From Microcoleus sp. (GTDB lineage: Bacteria; Cyanobacteriota; Cyanobacteriia; Cyanobacteriales; Microcoleaceae): a stretch of DNA of 64,000 bases. The stretch lies in assembly GCA_052279835.1 (NCBI GenBank), contig CP181291.1, forward strand, positions 3,456,001 to 3,520,000, in the 5' to 3' direction. The notes below the pieces were generated by a model. That model was not told where the DNA came from. It did no database searches and saw only the letters and a program-made list of their open reading frames with translations. Positions 27,826 through 38,471 of the stretch are shown piece after piece. Every line of letters begins with the position of its first letter. Position 1 is the stretch's first letter. Position numbers and translations under genes: made by a program.

Positions 27826-28815
27826 CTATCCAATCAAAAAAGTACCGTTACCGTTAGATTCTAGGAAGGTTAAATTTAAATTTGCTCCTCCTTCAATCAC
27901 GCCGAGTACATCTCCAAAACGCTGGATTGACAAGTTGTTGCCAACGGGATTCAAGCCGTAGCCATCGCTTAAAGAATTTCCTTGCAGTTGGATAAAATCG
28001 TTATCTACGTTGAAGTTCCGAATAGTAGCTTGACCGTTACCCAAATAGAGTGGGGTCGGGGTGACATTGCCACTTGTAGCAGGAACTCCGAGTACAAAGG
28101 TATCAACTCCTGGGCTGCCAATCAAGACATCGAACTCATTGGTTCCAAAGCTTTCATACTGCCGATTGCCTTGGGGATTGATACCTACTTCCACTCCAAT
28201 CAGTTCGGTATTCCCCACACCAATACCTGTGATGATGTCGTTGGTGCGACTCCCAACAAAAGTAGCAGAGCGGCTTGGCTCATTTTTCCCAAAATTGAAG
28301 TAGTGTTCGCGACCTGTTTTTAAGGTTCCAGAGTTGACAAACGGCACTATATCGGGGTTTTTCTTTAAGTATTCTGATTCAAAAAATGAAGTCCCAAAAC
28401 GACCTTCTTTAGCCCCGAATTGAATGAAATGCTGGTATCCTGATTTGAACGGTCCATTAGGACCTACAAACGATCGCAATTCTGAATTATTTGCTAAATA
28501 AAAATCTTCGTTGTAGTCTGGCGATACTTGGGTGCGCCGCTGTCCTTCATCGTAACCAAACTGGATAAAATGATCTAAGCCTGTGGCAAAAGGTGCGTTT
28601 GGGTTGATGGTGCGGACGAAGGGTTGGAGGTCTGGATTCCCAGCTAGGTAAGTAGCTTCGTCAAAATACCGCGATATTTTGGTGAGGCCGGCGGCTTGAC
28701 CAAATTTTTCAAAGTGTTCTCTGCCAGATTTGATGATTCCTGCATCAATGGCTGGTTTCAGCCAAGGATAGGAGGCAAGGTAGTATTTTTCGTCAAAAAT
28801 TGCGTAGTTAGCCAT
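27826..28815 (-). CDS. RTX-like/calcium-binding surface protein, paralog 3
   Basis: Highly similar to paralog 2 throughout. Confidence 0.75.
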   Translation of the reverse strand: MANYAIFDEKYYLASYPWLKPAIDAGIIKSGREHFEKFGQAAGLTKISRYFDEATYLAGNPDLQPFVRTINPNAPFATGLDHFIQFGYDEGQRRTQVSPDYNEDFYLANNSELRSFVGPNGPFKSGYQHFIQFGAKEGRFGTSFFESEYLKKNPDIVPFVNSGTLKTGREHYFNFGKNEPSRSATFVGSRTNDIITGIGVGNTELIGVEVGINPQGNRQYESFGTNEFDVLIGSPGVDTFVLGVPATSGNVTPTPLYLGNGQATIRNFNVDNDFIQLQGNSLSDGYGLNPVGNNLSIQRFGDVLGVIEGGANLNLTFLESNGNGTFLIG

Positions 28816-29335
28816 ATTGTTTTTACCAAGGTTTTGATGAGTTTGTTCGTGAATACTAATTAGATTTTCATCAACTCGATCGCTGCTCAGGAATTTACAT
28901 AATCAAGAGGCTATTAACAGGTTTTAAGTTCCTGGTAAATTATAAATTTTTGTAACAAATAATTGTTCCTAAATATTGATGAGAAATTCATAATTTATAT
29001 ATTTTTATCTCTGCTAATTCCTCTATCGCAAGTTTTATTTTTGCTAAAAAATTTGTAAATTTTTTGCTCTGAGCTGGGTAGATTTGGGATTATTTCGCGA
29101 TCGAACTTGTAAATCATATAAATGTAAATATGTCAAGTAAATTTATGTAAACAAAATTTGGAGTGTTTGCTCAAGGAATTTGTAAAAAAATGTAACTAAA
29201 AATTGGCCTAAATTTGTCGAATTGTGTCATGTGCAGGCTCAAATCACCTAATGGCAAGCGTTTTCTGGTAAAAATGCTTATGGGATAGAAAAATTCCCGA
29301 TTCTGAAAAACAGCATCTTAAAGGAGCCTAACCGG

Positions 29336-32300
29336 ATGTTCACTCACGTCAAGCCCACCATTCGCCACGTTGTGCCGGAAAACTTGCAGGGGCGATCGCT
29401 CCTCAAGGTGGTCTATGTCGTACTGGAACCGCAGTATCAAAGCGCCCTGTCGGCAGCGGTTCGATCGATAAATAAGAAAAATCCGAATCTGGCGATCGAA
29501 ATTAGTGGCTACCTGATCGAAGAACTTCGCAGCCCGGAAAACTACGAAGCTTTCAAACGGGATGTGGCTGATGCCAACGTATTTATAGCTTCTCTAATTT
29601 TTATCGAAGATTTAGCCGAAAAAGTGGTAGCCGCGGTGGAACCGGTGCGCGACAACTTGGATGTCGCCGTGGTTTTCCCGTCGATGCCGGGGGTGATGCG
29701 GCTCAATAAAATGGGCAGTTTCTCCATGGCACAGTTGGGACAAAGCAAAAGTGCGATCGGCGAATTCATGAAAAAACGGAAGGAAAAATCCGGTAGTTTC
29801 CTTCCAAGACGGAATGCTGAAGCTGCTGCAAACCTTGCCGAAAGTCCTGAAATATTTGCCCCTTGACAAAGCCCAAGATGCCCGCAACTTCATGCTGAGT
29901 TTCCAGTATTGGCTGGGAGGTTCCCAAGAAAACTTGGAAAACTTCTTGCTGATGCTGTCACAGAAATATGTGTTCAAAGACTTGTCTAAGTCAACTTTCC
30001 AAGAACCTGTTGTTTACCTAGACATGGGGATTTGGCATCCTTTGGCACCGTCGATGTTTGAGGATGTTAAAGCATATCTGAACTGGTTTAATGCCCGCAC
30101 AGATATTTCTGCGGATCTTAAAGACCCCCTGGCACCTTGCATTGGTTTAGTGTTGCAACGCACTCACTTAGTGACAGGAGATGACGCGCACTATGTAGCC
30201 ATGGTGCAGGAATTGGAGGCCATGGGCGCGAGAGTTATCCCGATTTTTGCGGGTGGTTTGGACTTCTCGAAACCAGTCGAAACTTTCTTCTTGGAAGTTG
30301 GGGCTAAAGGTGTTGCACCTCTGCCGATTGTTGATGCGGTGGTTTCTTTGACTGGTTTTGCTTTGGTGGGTGGGCCGGCGAAACAAGATCACCCGAAGGC
30401 GATCGAATCTTTGAAGAAATTAAATCGCCCTTACATGGTGGCTTTGCCGCTGGTTTTCCAAACAACTGAAGAATGGGAAAATAGCGATTTAGGTTTGCAC
30501 CCAATTCAAGTTGCCCTGCAAGTGGCGATTCCTGAGTTGGATGGGGCGATCGAACCGATTATTGTGTCGGGACGCGATGGCGCTACTGGAAAGGCGATCG
30601 CCCTTCAAGATAGAATTGAGGCGATTTCCCAGCGCGCCATGAAATGGGCAGTCCTGCGCCGCAAACCGAAATTAGACAAGAAAGTTGCCATTACAGTTTT
30701 CAGTTTCCCTCCTGACAAAGGCAACGTCGGAACAGCAGCTTATTTAGACGTTTTCGGATCGATTTACGAAGTATTGAAAGGCTTAAAAGGCAACGGTTAT
30801 GACTTGCCAGAATTGCCAGATTCTGCCGAGAAACTGATGCAAGAAGTCATCCATGATGCCACAGCCCAATACCAAAGCCCGGAATTAAATGTTGCTTACC
30901 GGATGTCCGTAGCTGAGTATGAAGAATTCACTCCTTACTCGGAACGCTTGCAAGAAAATTGGGGACCACCTCCCGGACATTTGAACAGCGATGGACAAAA
31001 TTTGCTGATTTATGGCAAACATTTTGGTAACGTGTTTATCGGAGTGCAACCTACTTTTGGATACGAAGGCGATCCGATGCGGTTGTTATTCTCTCGTTCT
31101 GCTAGTCCCCACCACGGTTTTGCTGCTTATTACACTTATTTAGAGCGCATTTGGGGTGCGGATGCGGTGCTGCACTTTGGCACTCATGGTTCCCTGGAAT
31201 TCATGCCTGGTAAGCAGATGGGAATGTCTGTGGATTGTTATCCTGATAGTTTGATCGGTAAGATTCCTAACCTCTATTATTACGCTGCTAATAATCCCAG
31301 CGAGGCAACAATTGCTAAGCGTCGCAGTTATGCTGAAACTATCAGCTATCTGACTCCTCCGGCTGAAAATGCTGGGTTGTATAAAGGTTTGCAGGAACTC
31401 AGCGAGTTGATTGCTTCTTATCAAACTTTGAAAGATACTGGGCGCGGTGTAGCGATTGTAGATGCGATCGTCGAGAAGTGCCGTTTGGTGAATTTGGATA
31501 AGGATATCGCCCTACCTCCCGAACAAGAACGAGGGGTTGCTGCGGATATGACTGCGGAGGAACGGGATAATTTAGTTGGTTTGGTTTACCGCAAGTTGAT
31601 GGAGATTGAATCGCGGTTGTTACCTTGCGGTTTGCACGTTATTGGTAAGCCACCTACTGCGGAAGAGGCGATCGCAACTCTGGTTAACATTGCCAATTTA
31701 GACCGGGAAGAAGATGGATTAGTCAGTTTGTCGCGGATTATTGCTCAAAGTTGCGATCGGAATATTGACGATATCTACACGAACAATGACAAAGGCATTT
31801 TAGCAGATGTCGAATTGCTGCAAAACATCACCTTAGCCTGTCGCGATGCCGTCACCGCTTTAGTGAAGGAACAAACTGATGCTGAGGGTCGAGTTTCCTT
31901 GGTTTCCAAGTTGAATTTCTTCAACATGGGCAAGAAAACACCTTGGATTGAATCGTTACACGCAGCCGGTTACAAAAAAGTCGATTCAGACCTGATTAAA
32001 CCGCTGTTTGAGTATCTGGAATTCTGCTTAGAACAAGTTTGCGCCGACAACGAATTAGGCGCACTGTTGCGGGCGTTAGAGGGCGAATACATTACCCCCG
32101 GCCCAGGTGGCGATCCAATTCGCAACCCGGATGTTTTGCCGACTGGCAAGAATATGCACGCTTTGGACCCGCAGTCAATCCCTACCACTGGGGCGATTAA
32201 GTCTGCTAAGGTTGTCGTTGACAGACTATTAGAAAGACAGCGCCTGGATAACGGCGGAAATTACCCAGAAACCATCGCCGTTGTGTTGTGGGGAACCGAC

Positions 32301-33332
32301 AACATCAAGACTTACGGCGAATCCCTCGCCCAAGTAATGTGGATGGTGGGAGTCAAGCCCGTACCCGACGCTTTGGGCCGAGTAAACAAACTGGAATTGC
32401 TGTCTTTAGAAGAGTTAGGACGGCCACGAATCGACGTAGTAATTAACTGTTCCGGCGTATTCCGCGACTTGTTCATCAACCAAATGAATTTGTTAGATAA
32501 AGCCGTAAAAATGGCAGCCGAAGCCGACGAACCCTTAGAAATGAACTTCGTCCGCAAACACGCCTTGAAGCAAGCCGAAGAAATGGGAATCAACCTGCGC
32601 CAAGCAGCCACCCGCGTCTTTTCCAACGCTTCCGGTTCCTATTCATCTAACGTCAACTTAGCGGTAGAAAACAGCACCTGGGAAACCGAAGCCGAGTTGC
32701 AGGAAATGTACCTAACCCGCAAATCCTTCGCCTTTTCTTCCGACAATCCCGGAACCATGGAACAAGACAGGCAGATTTTTGAATCATCCTTAAAAACTGC
32801 TGATGTCACATTCCAAAACTTAGATTCTGCGGAGATTTCGCTAACCGACGTGTCGCACTATTTCGACTCCGATCCAACCAAATTAATCGGCAGTTTGCGC
32901 GGCGACGGGAAGCAACCGGCATCCTTCGTTGCTGATACCACAACAGCCAACGCGCAGGTACGGACGCTATCAGAAACCGTGCGTTTAGATTCGCGCACTA
33001 AGCTGCTGAATCCGAAGTGGTACGAGGGAATGTTATCGCACGGATATGAAGGCGTGCGGGAGATTTCTAAGCGTCTGGTGAACACGACTGGATGGAGTGC
33101 GACAGCGGGTGCTGTGGACAATTGGGTGTACGAAGATGTGAACGGTACGTTTATCCAAGATGAGGAGATGCAGAAGCGTTTGCTTAACTTGAATCCTCAT
33201 TCTTTCCGCAAGATTGTCAGCACTTTGCTTGAGGTGAATGGCCGGGGTTATTGGGAGACTTCGGAGAGTAATTTGGACAGGTTGCGCGAACTTTATCAGG
33301 AGGTGGAAGATCGGATTGAGGGGGTAGAATAA
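29336..33332 (+). CDS. chlH: Magnesium chelatase subunit H, split by one extra T at 29797-29799 (likely sequencing error)
   Basis: MFTHVK start, [42 protein letters not shown]; deleting one T restores [16 protein letters not shown]. Confidence 0.96.
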
Positions 33333-33428
33333 ACATCTCCCAAAAAGCCAATCTTGAACAGGCAGGATGCCTGTTCCACAATAATTATGGAGATGTCTAA
33401 TAAACATCCTACTTCGACCTAACTAACC

Positions 33429-33470
33429 CAAAACCTAGAGGCAAGGTACTTACCTTGCCTCTAGGTTTTG
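33429..33470. terminator. Perfect 20-bp-stem hairpin between convergent genes (probable bidirectional terminator)
   Basis: CAAAACCTAGAGGCAAGGTA-CT-TACCTTGCCTCTAGGTTTTG. Confidence 0.75.
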
Positions 33471-33499
33471 TTAGCTGCGGACACAAAGTTGTGTTCTTA

Positions 33500-34030
33500 T
33501 TAACGACCAAAGCAGACTAGCAGTGACCCTGCATTATCACCGAGGGCATTGTCAGCGTCATTGATTCTCATCATCACCCTTTGGCTTACCGCTTTGGGTA
33601 AGGGCCAAATGGGTCTTGGTATCGCTGTTTCCCAGTCGCCAGGGACACCCACAAGCAGCACACCGAATGGGTAAGTTTGGGTATATTTGTATTGATTGTA
33701 TGGTTCTAGCCTTTTTGCGGCTTCGCCTGAGTGTCCTTCTGGACCAATGCGCTTGTAATTTCTATCATCTACTGACCAAGAACCACTGATACTAACTACC
33801 TGAGTAAATCGACCTGGTAATGTAAAAGATTGCCAACCTTTTCTCGCATCTACTTCATAACAAGCTTGCTGCTGGGACCCTGGATTGGAAGGTCCATTAT
33901 CGAAGACAGCATACGGGCCGCTAGAAGCAAGCTGTGCTTGAGCCTGTTTAAGTTGAGATAGATTGATTATTGATGAAATAGCAAGGGTTGACACCAAACT
34001 CCCAATTGTAAGTAATTTCGGTAATTTCAT
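33500..34030 (-). CDS. Secreted protein with LecA/PA-IL-like lectin-type domain
   Basis: Signal peptide ending AQA; VDARKGWQ..ISGSW..PFGVLLV..RINDADNALGDNAGSLLV pattern. Confidence 0.55.
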   Translation of the reverse strand: MKLPKLLTIGSLVSTLAISSIINLSQLKQAQAQLASSGPYAVFDNGPSNPGSQQQACYEVDARKGWQSFTLPGRFTQVVSISGSWSVDDRNYKRIGPEGHSGEAAKRLEPYNQYKYTQTYPFGVLLVGVPGDWETAIPRPIWPLPKAVSQRVMMRINDADNALGDNAGSLLVCFGR

Positions 34031-34524
34031 AACTTAATTATCTAATTGTAGTTGGATGCGATCGACTATCTAACGGTACTACAATCATGATGGCTGTAAC
34101 ATTCCGGCCGCTCATAAAAATTTTATATTTATTTAATTTTTGATTTTTGTCTATCTTTCTGAACAGGCACTCCGGGCTTAATGGCAAAAGCGATCGCCCT
34201 TGTTTTCCCCCCGATCGGACTTTGGGAAATATTCTCAAAGAAAGTAGTTGTTCGAGTCTCAAGTAGTCTTGCGGTCAAAATAGAGTAAGGTTCCCGAATT
34301 ATTGCGGGCGTGACTTGCGCGCTGCGATCGAAGAAACCGGGTTTTTTACCGAATCTGCGGGCTGATACCAAGTATTTTCTCCAAAAACCCGGTTTCTGAA
34401 CCTCGCTGCGTAAGTCCGATTATAATGGTGTGGGGGTAGTGAATACTCCTGCACTATTTTGAAGGTGTACAATAGAAGTCTAACCTACAAAAATGCTGGG
34501 AAACTTTCCACAAGGAGATTGAAT

Positions 34525-35028
34525 ATGGCAGTTACAAGTGTGGAAAATATTATCGACAATATCAAAGGGTTGGCAATTCCTATAGAATCATACCCGGATG
34601 ATTTTTTGGGTGCTTACAAATTAATGGCTGATAGTTTAAAAGCAGGGAAAGAGAGATTAGAAAAATTAGAAAATCTGGATTTGATTATTGTCGAAGATTT
34701 GTATAAAGACTATGAGCGCTTAGAACCTATTAATAATTATCCCATTGTTGTCAAAAATAAAAACCGGGAAACTCTGACTATATTTGTTTTGGGCAAATTT
34801 GAAAGAGAGTTTCCAGTAGTCGAAGAACTCTCAGAGATTTTTGCCGATTTTTATATAGAGTTTCTGTTGTTACCGATATTTAAAATTATTGATTATGAAT
34901 TATTACCTTCTAAGTTTCGCTCTCTCAAACACAAATTAAAAAATGGGGTGTTAGTGTATGAGAGCGAAAGATGTTTACATAGAAATAGCACAGCGATACA
35001 TAGCCAGCGCAAAACAGCTTGTGTCTGA
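34525..35028 (+). CDS. Hypothetical protein, possibly a divergent minimal nucleotidyltransferase (MNT)-like partner
   Basis: RBS AGGAGA; NLDLIIV and KNGVLVYE segments; overlaps the HEPN gene. Confidence 0.5.
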   Translation: MAVTSVENIIDNIKGLAIPIESYPDDFLGAYKLMADSLKAGKERLEKLENLDLIIVEDLYKDYERLEPINNYPIVVKNKNRETLTIFVLGKFEREFPVVEELSEIFADFYIEFLLLPIFKIIDYELLPSKFRSLKHKLKNGVLVYESERCLHRNSTAIHSQRKTACV

Positions 35029-35380
35029 TGAAAATGTGACCCAAGAAGTTATTGGTTTTTTGACCTATCATGCCTTAGAGTCTATTGGTTCGGCTGTGAT
35101 TGTTCATTTCAAGAGTTCAATCCCTGTCAATCATGAAACTAAGTTAAATATGTTTTTGAGTTTATGCAAAAAACACCTTGCTAAATCGGTTAGTATACAT
35201 CTAATAGCAACAACAATTGTAAAAATGGTTAACTCTGATTACAGGAGTAGGTTTCTTTATCCCGAATACCAAAATACCAAAATTCATAAAGCTCCTAAAG
35301 AACAGATTACTACTGCTGAGGTCAGGTTGTTAATTCAAGATGTGGATAGAATTATAAATCAGATTGTGAATGCGATATGA
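34958..35380 (+). CDS. HEPN domain protein
   Basis: A..YIASAK, GFLTYHALES, PVNH, RSRFLYP helical pattern. Confidence 0.7.
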   Translation: MRAKDVYIEIAQRYIASAKQLVSDENVTQEVIGFLTYHALESIGSAVIVHFKSSIPVNHETKLNMFLSLCKKHLAKSVSIHLIATTIVKMVNSDYRSRFLYPEYQNTKIHKAPKEQITTAEVRLLIQDVDRIINQIVNAI

Positions 35381-35583
35381 AGTATGAAGTAATCATTTAC
35401 TGGAGTGAAGAAGACCAGGCATTTATTGCGGAAGTCCCTGAATTGCCTGGATGTGCTGCGGATGGGGAAAATTATCAAGAAGCACTGCAAAATCTAGAGA
35501 TTATGATGCAGGAGTGGATTGAGACTGCTCGACAATTAGGGCGAATTGTCCCTCAACCTAAAGGTAGATTGATGTTCGCATAG
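35377..35583 (+). CDS. HicB family antitoxin (short form)
   Basis: YWSEEDQAFIAEVPELPGCAADG..EAL..WIETA..G..P.P. Confidence 0.92.
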   Translation: MKYEVIIYWSEEDQAFIAEVPELPGCAADGENYQEALQNLEIMMQEWIETARQLGRIVPQPKGRLMFA

Positions 35584-35675
35584 ATACCAGTTCAAGAAAG
35601 AGTAGAACAATTCAGCTTCTTATTTGATAGGGGTAAAATCTGCCTTACCCCTAACACAAAATTACTTCACCCTCG

Positions 35676-35915
35676 TCACATTTTTTTCGGTTTTCGATCG
35701 TTGTGTTGTTCGCGGTAAGCGTCAATTATTTCTACAGTACACCCTGCAATCATTGACGCAAACGTACCTACTATTACACTTTGTTGATAGTAAATAGTCA
35801 CACCACCTGCAAAGCAAATAATTGCCATCTTGACCAGTAGAATTTGGGTAGCTAAAAACTGACGGCGTTGAGAGTTGGGAACTCTGACACCATGAGAACT
35901 TTTGAGCTGTCGCAT
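35676..35915 (-). CDS. Putative small two-TM protein
   Basis: Two hydrophobic segments and charged tail; downstream of PadR operon. Confidence 0.4.
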   Translation of the reverse strand: MRQLKSSHGVRVPNSQRRQFLATQILLVKMAIICFAGGVTIYYQQSVIVGTFASMIAGCTVEIIDAYREQHNDRKPKKM

Positions 35916-36031
35916 ATGTTAGAATTGATGTGTGTTTTATTCAATGCAGGCACCCGGTTAGTTAGCGGTGCCTTTTTTCTGGAATTTCCACCGTTGCTTG
36001 TTAGCTGTAGCATCTATCCCAAGAAAACCTT

Positions 36032-36700
36032 TTATGCTCTGGTCATCCATCGTGAAACGAACTTATGGAATTTCAACCCGAGGTAAGACCGAATTAAATC
36101 TAAACCTGTTAATAAGGTTATCAAAGATACTTGCCAGCGTGGACTACCTTGCTCGATTAACTGATAATGCTGCTCTTGCAAATCACCCAGCCACTCTTCC
36201 TGAAATTGTCTCGGGAGGAGCTCCTTCAGCAATGCAATGAACCGGGCATACCTATCTTTCTCTGGTATAGCTAACCATCCGCTGTAATAAACTTGCAAGC
36301 CAAATAACAAAAGCAGTAAGAATGAGTAACTGAATAACAGATGGATGCCAAAAGGAACTTTTAGCAAGGTAAGGTTACTCAACACAATGAAGATACCAGG
36401 AATATAACTGGCCAGGCTCGAATTTATAATGATTTTTCCACCAACTTTGGCTCCCTTTTCTGGATCAATCCACAATTGAAAACCGCCATAAAGCACAAAT
36501 ACAATTGCTATTGAAAGTATCACACAGGCAGGATAAAACAGAACAATCCAATAGAATACGGTTTTTAGTATGTTAGGGTTAGAGGAAAGGCAGGCAAGAC
36601 CCAGCACATCAGCAATAATTGAGATGATACCTATTATGCTGGTTATAAGTTTAAACAGCCATTGTCCTCGATTTTGGTTGAAAAATATTTTCTTGCTCAT
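36032..36700 (-). CDS. Membrane protein co-transcribed with PadR regulator
   Basis: About 4 TM helices, then LLPRQFQEEWLGDLQE; 1 bp from PadR stop. Confidence 0.7.
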   Translation of the reverse strand: MSKKIFFNQNRGQWLFKLITSIIGIISIIADVLGLACLSSNPNILKTVFYWIVLFYPACVILSIAIVFVLYGGFQLWIDPEKGAKVGGKIIINSSLASYIPGIFIVLSNLTLLKVPFGIHLLFSYSFLLLLLFGLQVYYSGWLAIPEKDRYARFIALLKELLPRQFQEEWLGDLQEQHYQLIEQGSPRWQVSLITLLTGLDLIRSYLGLKFHKFVSRWMTRA

Positions 36701-36701
36701 C

Positions 36702-37046
36702 TTATACCCCTTCCCAAGCTGGTTCCCAGCCAGCCAGATCGTTGAGGAATCGCTTTTTCTCTGCCAGAACTTTCACACCTAATCCTGTAATTCTGTAGTA
36801 CCTCCGTCGCGCACCACCTCTTTCTTCCGGTGTCTCATCACCCCAGCGTGCTTCTAAATAGCCTTTCTCCTCTAGTTTGTGGAGGGTTGGGTACAGGGAA
36901 CCAAAGCCGAGTTTAATTTTCCCGCCACTCGCCTCCTTCACCGCCTCAATAATCTCCAAGCCGTAACGTTCGCGGTGAAAGACTGATGTGAGCACAGCTT
37001 CTTCTTTTGGCGACAAATCAAAAATGCTATCTTGATTCTTTTTCAT
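36702..37046 (-). CDS. PadR family transcriptional regulator
   Basis: YGLEI, GSLYPTLHKLEEKG, RRRYYRIT. Confidence 0.93.
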   Translation of the reverse strand: MKKNQDSIFDLSPKEEAVLTSVFHRERYGLEIIEAVKEASGGKIKLGFGSLYPTLHKLEEKGYLEARWGDETPEERGGARRRYYRITGLGVKVLAEKKRFLNDLAGWEPAWEGV

Positions 37047-37080
37047 ACTCTCCCGTCACTTGATGTTCATCTCATATCTT

Positions 37081-37110
37081 ATGGTATATCAAGCTATTTG
37101 ATAGTGTCAA
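37081..37110 (-). promoter_or_regulatory. sigma70 promoter of padR with palindromic operator
   Basis: Minus strand TTGACA-N18-TACCAT; TATCAA-N5-TTGATA (37087-37103) lies in the spacer. Confidence 0.6.
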
Positions 37111-37269
37111 GGGACTTTGAGATCGAGTTGCTGAAGCTAGCGATCGCTTGCCATATCCCTTATGTCACGGACGTTTCAGGATTGGAGGCAGATGAGTAGG
37201 AGACGATCGCCCTTTATGCTATCCTATAAGTAAATACGTTTTGTATATACAAAATAATGCCGTTTGAAT

Positions 37270-37527
37270 ATGACTATCCCGCCCAAACGACTTGAAGAAT
37301 TAGAAAATATTCCAGAATCTGCGATCGATACCTCTGATATTCCTGAGTTAGATGCGAGTTTCTGGGAAAAAGCACAACTGGTGCAACCTATGACTAAACA
37401 AGCTATTTCTCTAAGAGTTGATAGCGATGTATTAGATTGGTTTAAAAACCAAGGAAAAGGTTATCAATCTCTGATGAATGCTGTACTGCGCTCTTATGTG
37501 GAACATCACGCAAAAAGCAGTCAATAA
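37270..37527 (+). CDS. BrnA family antitoxin (no brnT upstream)
   Basis: IDTSDIPEL, KQAISLRVDSDVLDWFK..GKGYQSLMNAVLR. Confidence 0.9.
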   Translation: MTIPPKRLEELENIPESAIDTSDIPELDASFWEKAQLVQPMTKQAISLRVDSDVLDWFKNQGKGYQSLMNAVLRSYVEHHAKSSQ

Positions 37528-37573
37528 ATATGCGTTCTCCTCTGCTCTTGAAATAGGAAGAAGTATTACAGCC

Positions 37574-37780
37574 ATGATGACTTACAAAGGTTACAGTGCT
37601 AACATTGAAGTAGATTTAGAAGCCGAAATTCTTTTCGAGCGAGTGCTTGAGATTAATGACGTAGTGACTTTTAAAGCACAAACTATTGAAGAAGCTCGGC
37701 AAGAATTCCAAAACTCCATCGATGATTATCTAGAGTTTTGTAAAAAATTAAGACAGGAACCCGATCGACCATTTAATTAG
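37574..37780 (+). CDS. HicB family antitoxin, C-terminally truncated
   Basis: MTYKGY..D.VTF.A.T.EE..EFQNSIDDYLEFC..EPDRPF then stop, lacking the RHH domain. Confidence 0.8.
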   Translation: MMTYKGYSANIEVDLEAEILFERVLEINDVVTFKAQTIEEARQEFQNSIDDYLEFCKKLRQEPDRPFN

Positions 37781-37800
37781 ATCCATTAACGAGGTAAACT

Positions 37801-38118
37801 ATGTCACTAACTGCAACCGAATATAAATATGTAGAATTAGATGAGAAGAATGCGCCTATCATCACAGGGACTACGATGAAAGTAGTTGAATTAATGACTT
37901 CGGTAAAAGCTTACAGCTTGAGTCCTGAAGAATTACTAGAAAGCTATCCTCACCTAACTTTGAGTAAAATCTACTCTGCTTTAGCTTACTACTGGGATCA
38001 TAAACAAGAGCTTGATGCAGATATGCAGCACCGATTTGAGTATGCGGAAAAGTTGCGATTAGAAGCGGGTGAATCTCCTTTGGCTAAAAAACTCCGCGCC
38101 CAAGGACTAATTAAATGA
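37801..38118 (+). CDS. DUF433 family antitoxin
   Basis: PIITGT.MKV, SPEEL..YPHLTL..IYSALAYY. Confidence 0.9.
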   Translation: MSLTATEYKYVELDEKNAPIITGTTMKVVELMTSVKAYSLSPEELLESYPHLTLSKIYSALAYYWDHKQELDADMQHRFEYAEKLRLEAGESPLAKKLRAQGLIK

Positions 38119-38462
38119 CTATAGCTTTGTACATGGATGAGAATGTGCCTCTACCGATTGCAAATGGATTGAGACAAAGAGATGTAGATGTTTTGAGAGC
38201 TCAAGAAGATAACCATCAAAACACGCCAGACCATATTATACTCGATCGCGCAACGGATCTTCAGCGTGTTGTTTTTACACAAGACGAAGATTTTTTAGCC
38301 ATAGCTAACAGCCGCCAGCAAGAAGCAGTAAATTTTGCTGGCGTTATTTATGCCCATCAACAGAATGTAACTTTTGGTGATTGCATTCGTGACTTGGAAA
38401 TTGTTGCTAAGGTTAGCGAACCTGAAGATTTAGTTAACCGCGTTCAGTACCTACCTTTATAA
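38115..38462 (+). CDS. DUF5615 PIN-like toxin
   Basis: LYMDENV, D..IL..A, VFTQDEDF, GVI; overlaps DUF433 gene. Confidence 0.88.
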   Translation: MTIALYMDENVPLPIANGLRQRDVDVLRAQEDNHQNTPDHIILDRATDLQRVVFTQDEDFLAIANSRQQEAVNFAGVIYAHQQNVTFGDCIRDLEIVAKVSEPEDLVNRVQYLPL

Positions 38463-38471
38463 CCAATCCTT

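Noticed and set aside
29336..33332. chlH as two genes, a true pseudogene or a programmed frameshift
   Set aside because: One extra T restores the canonical protein, no slippery heptamer at the site, and two similar indels occur elsewhere in the window
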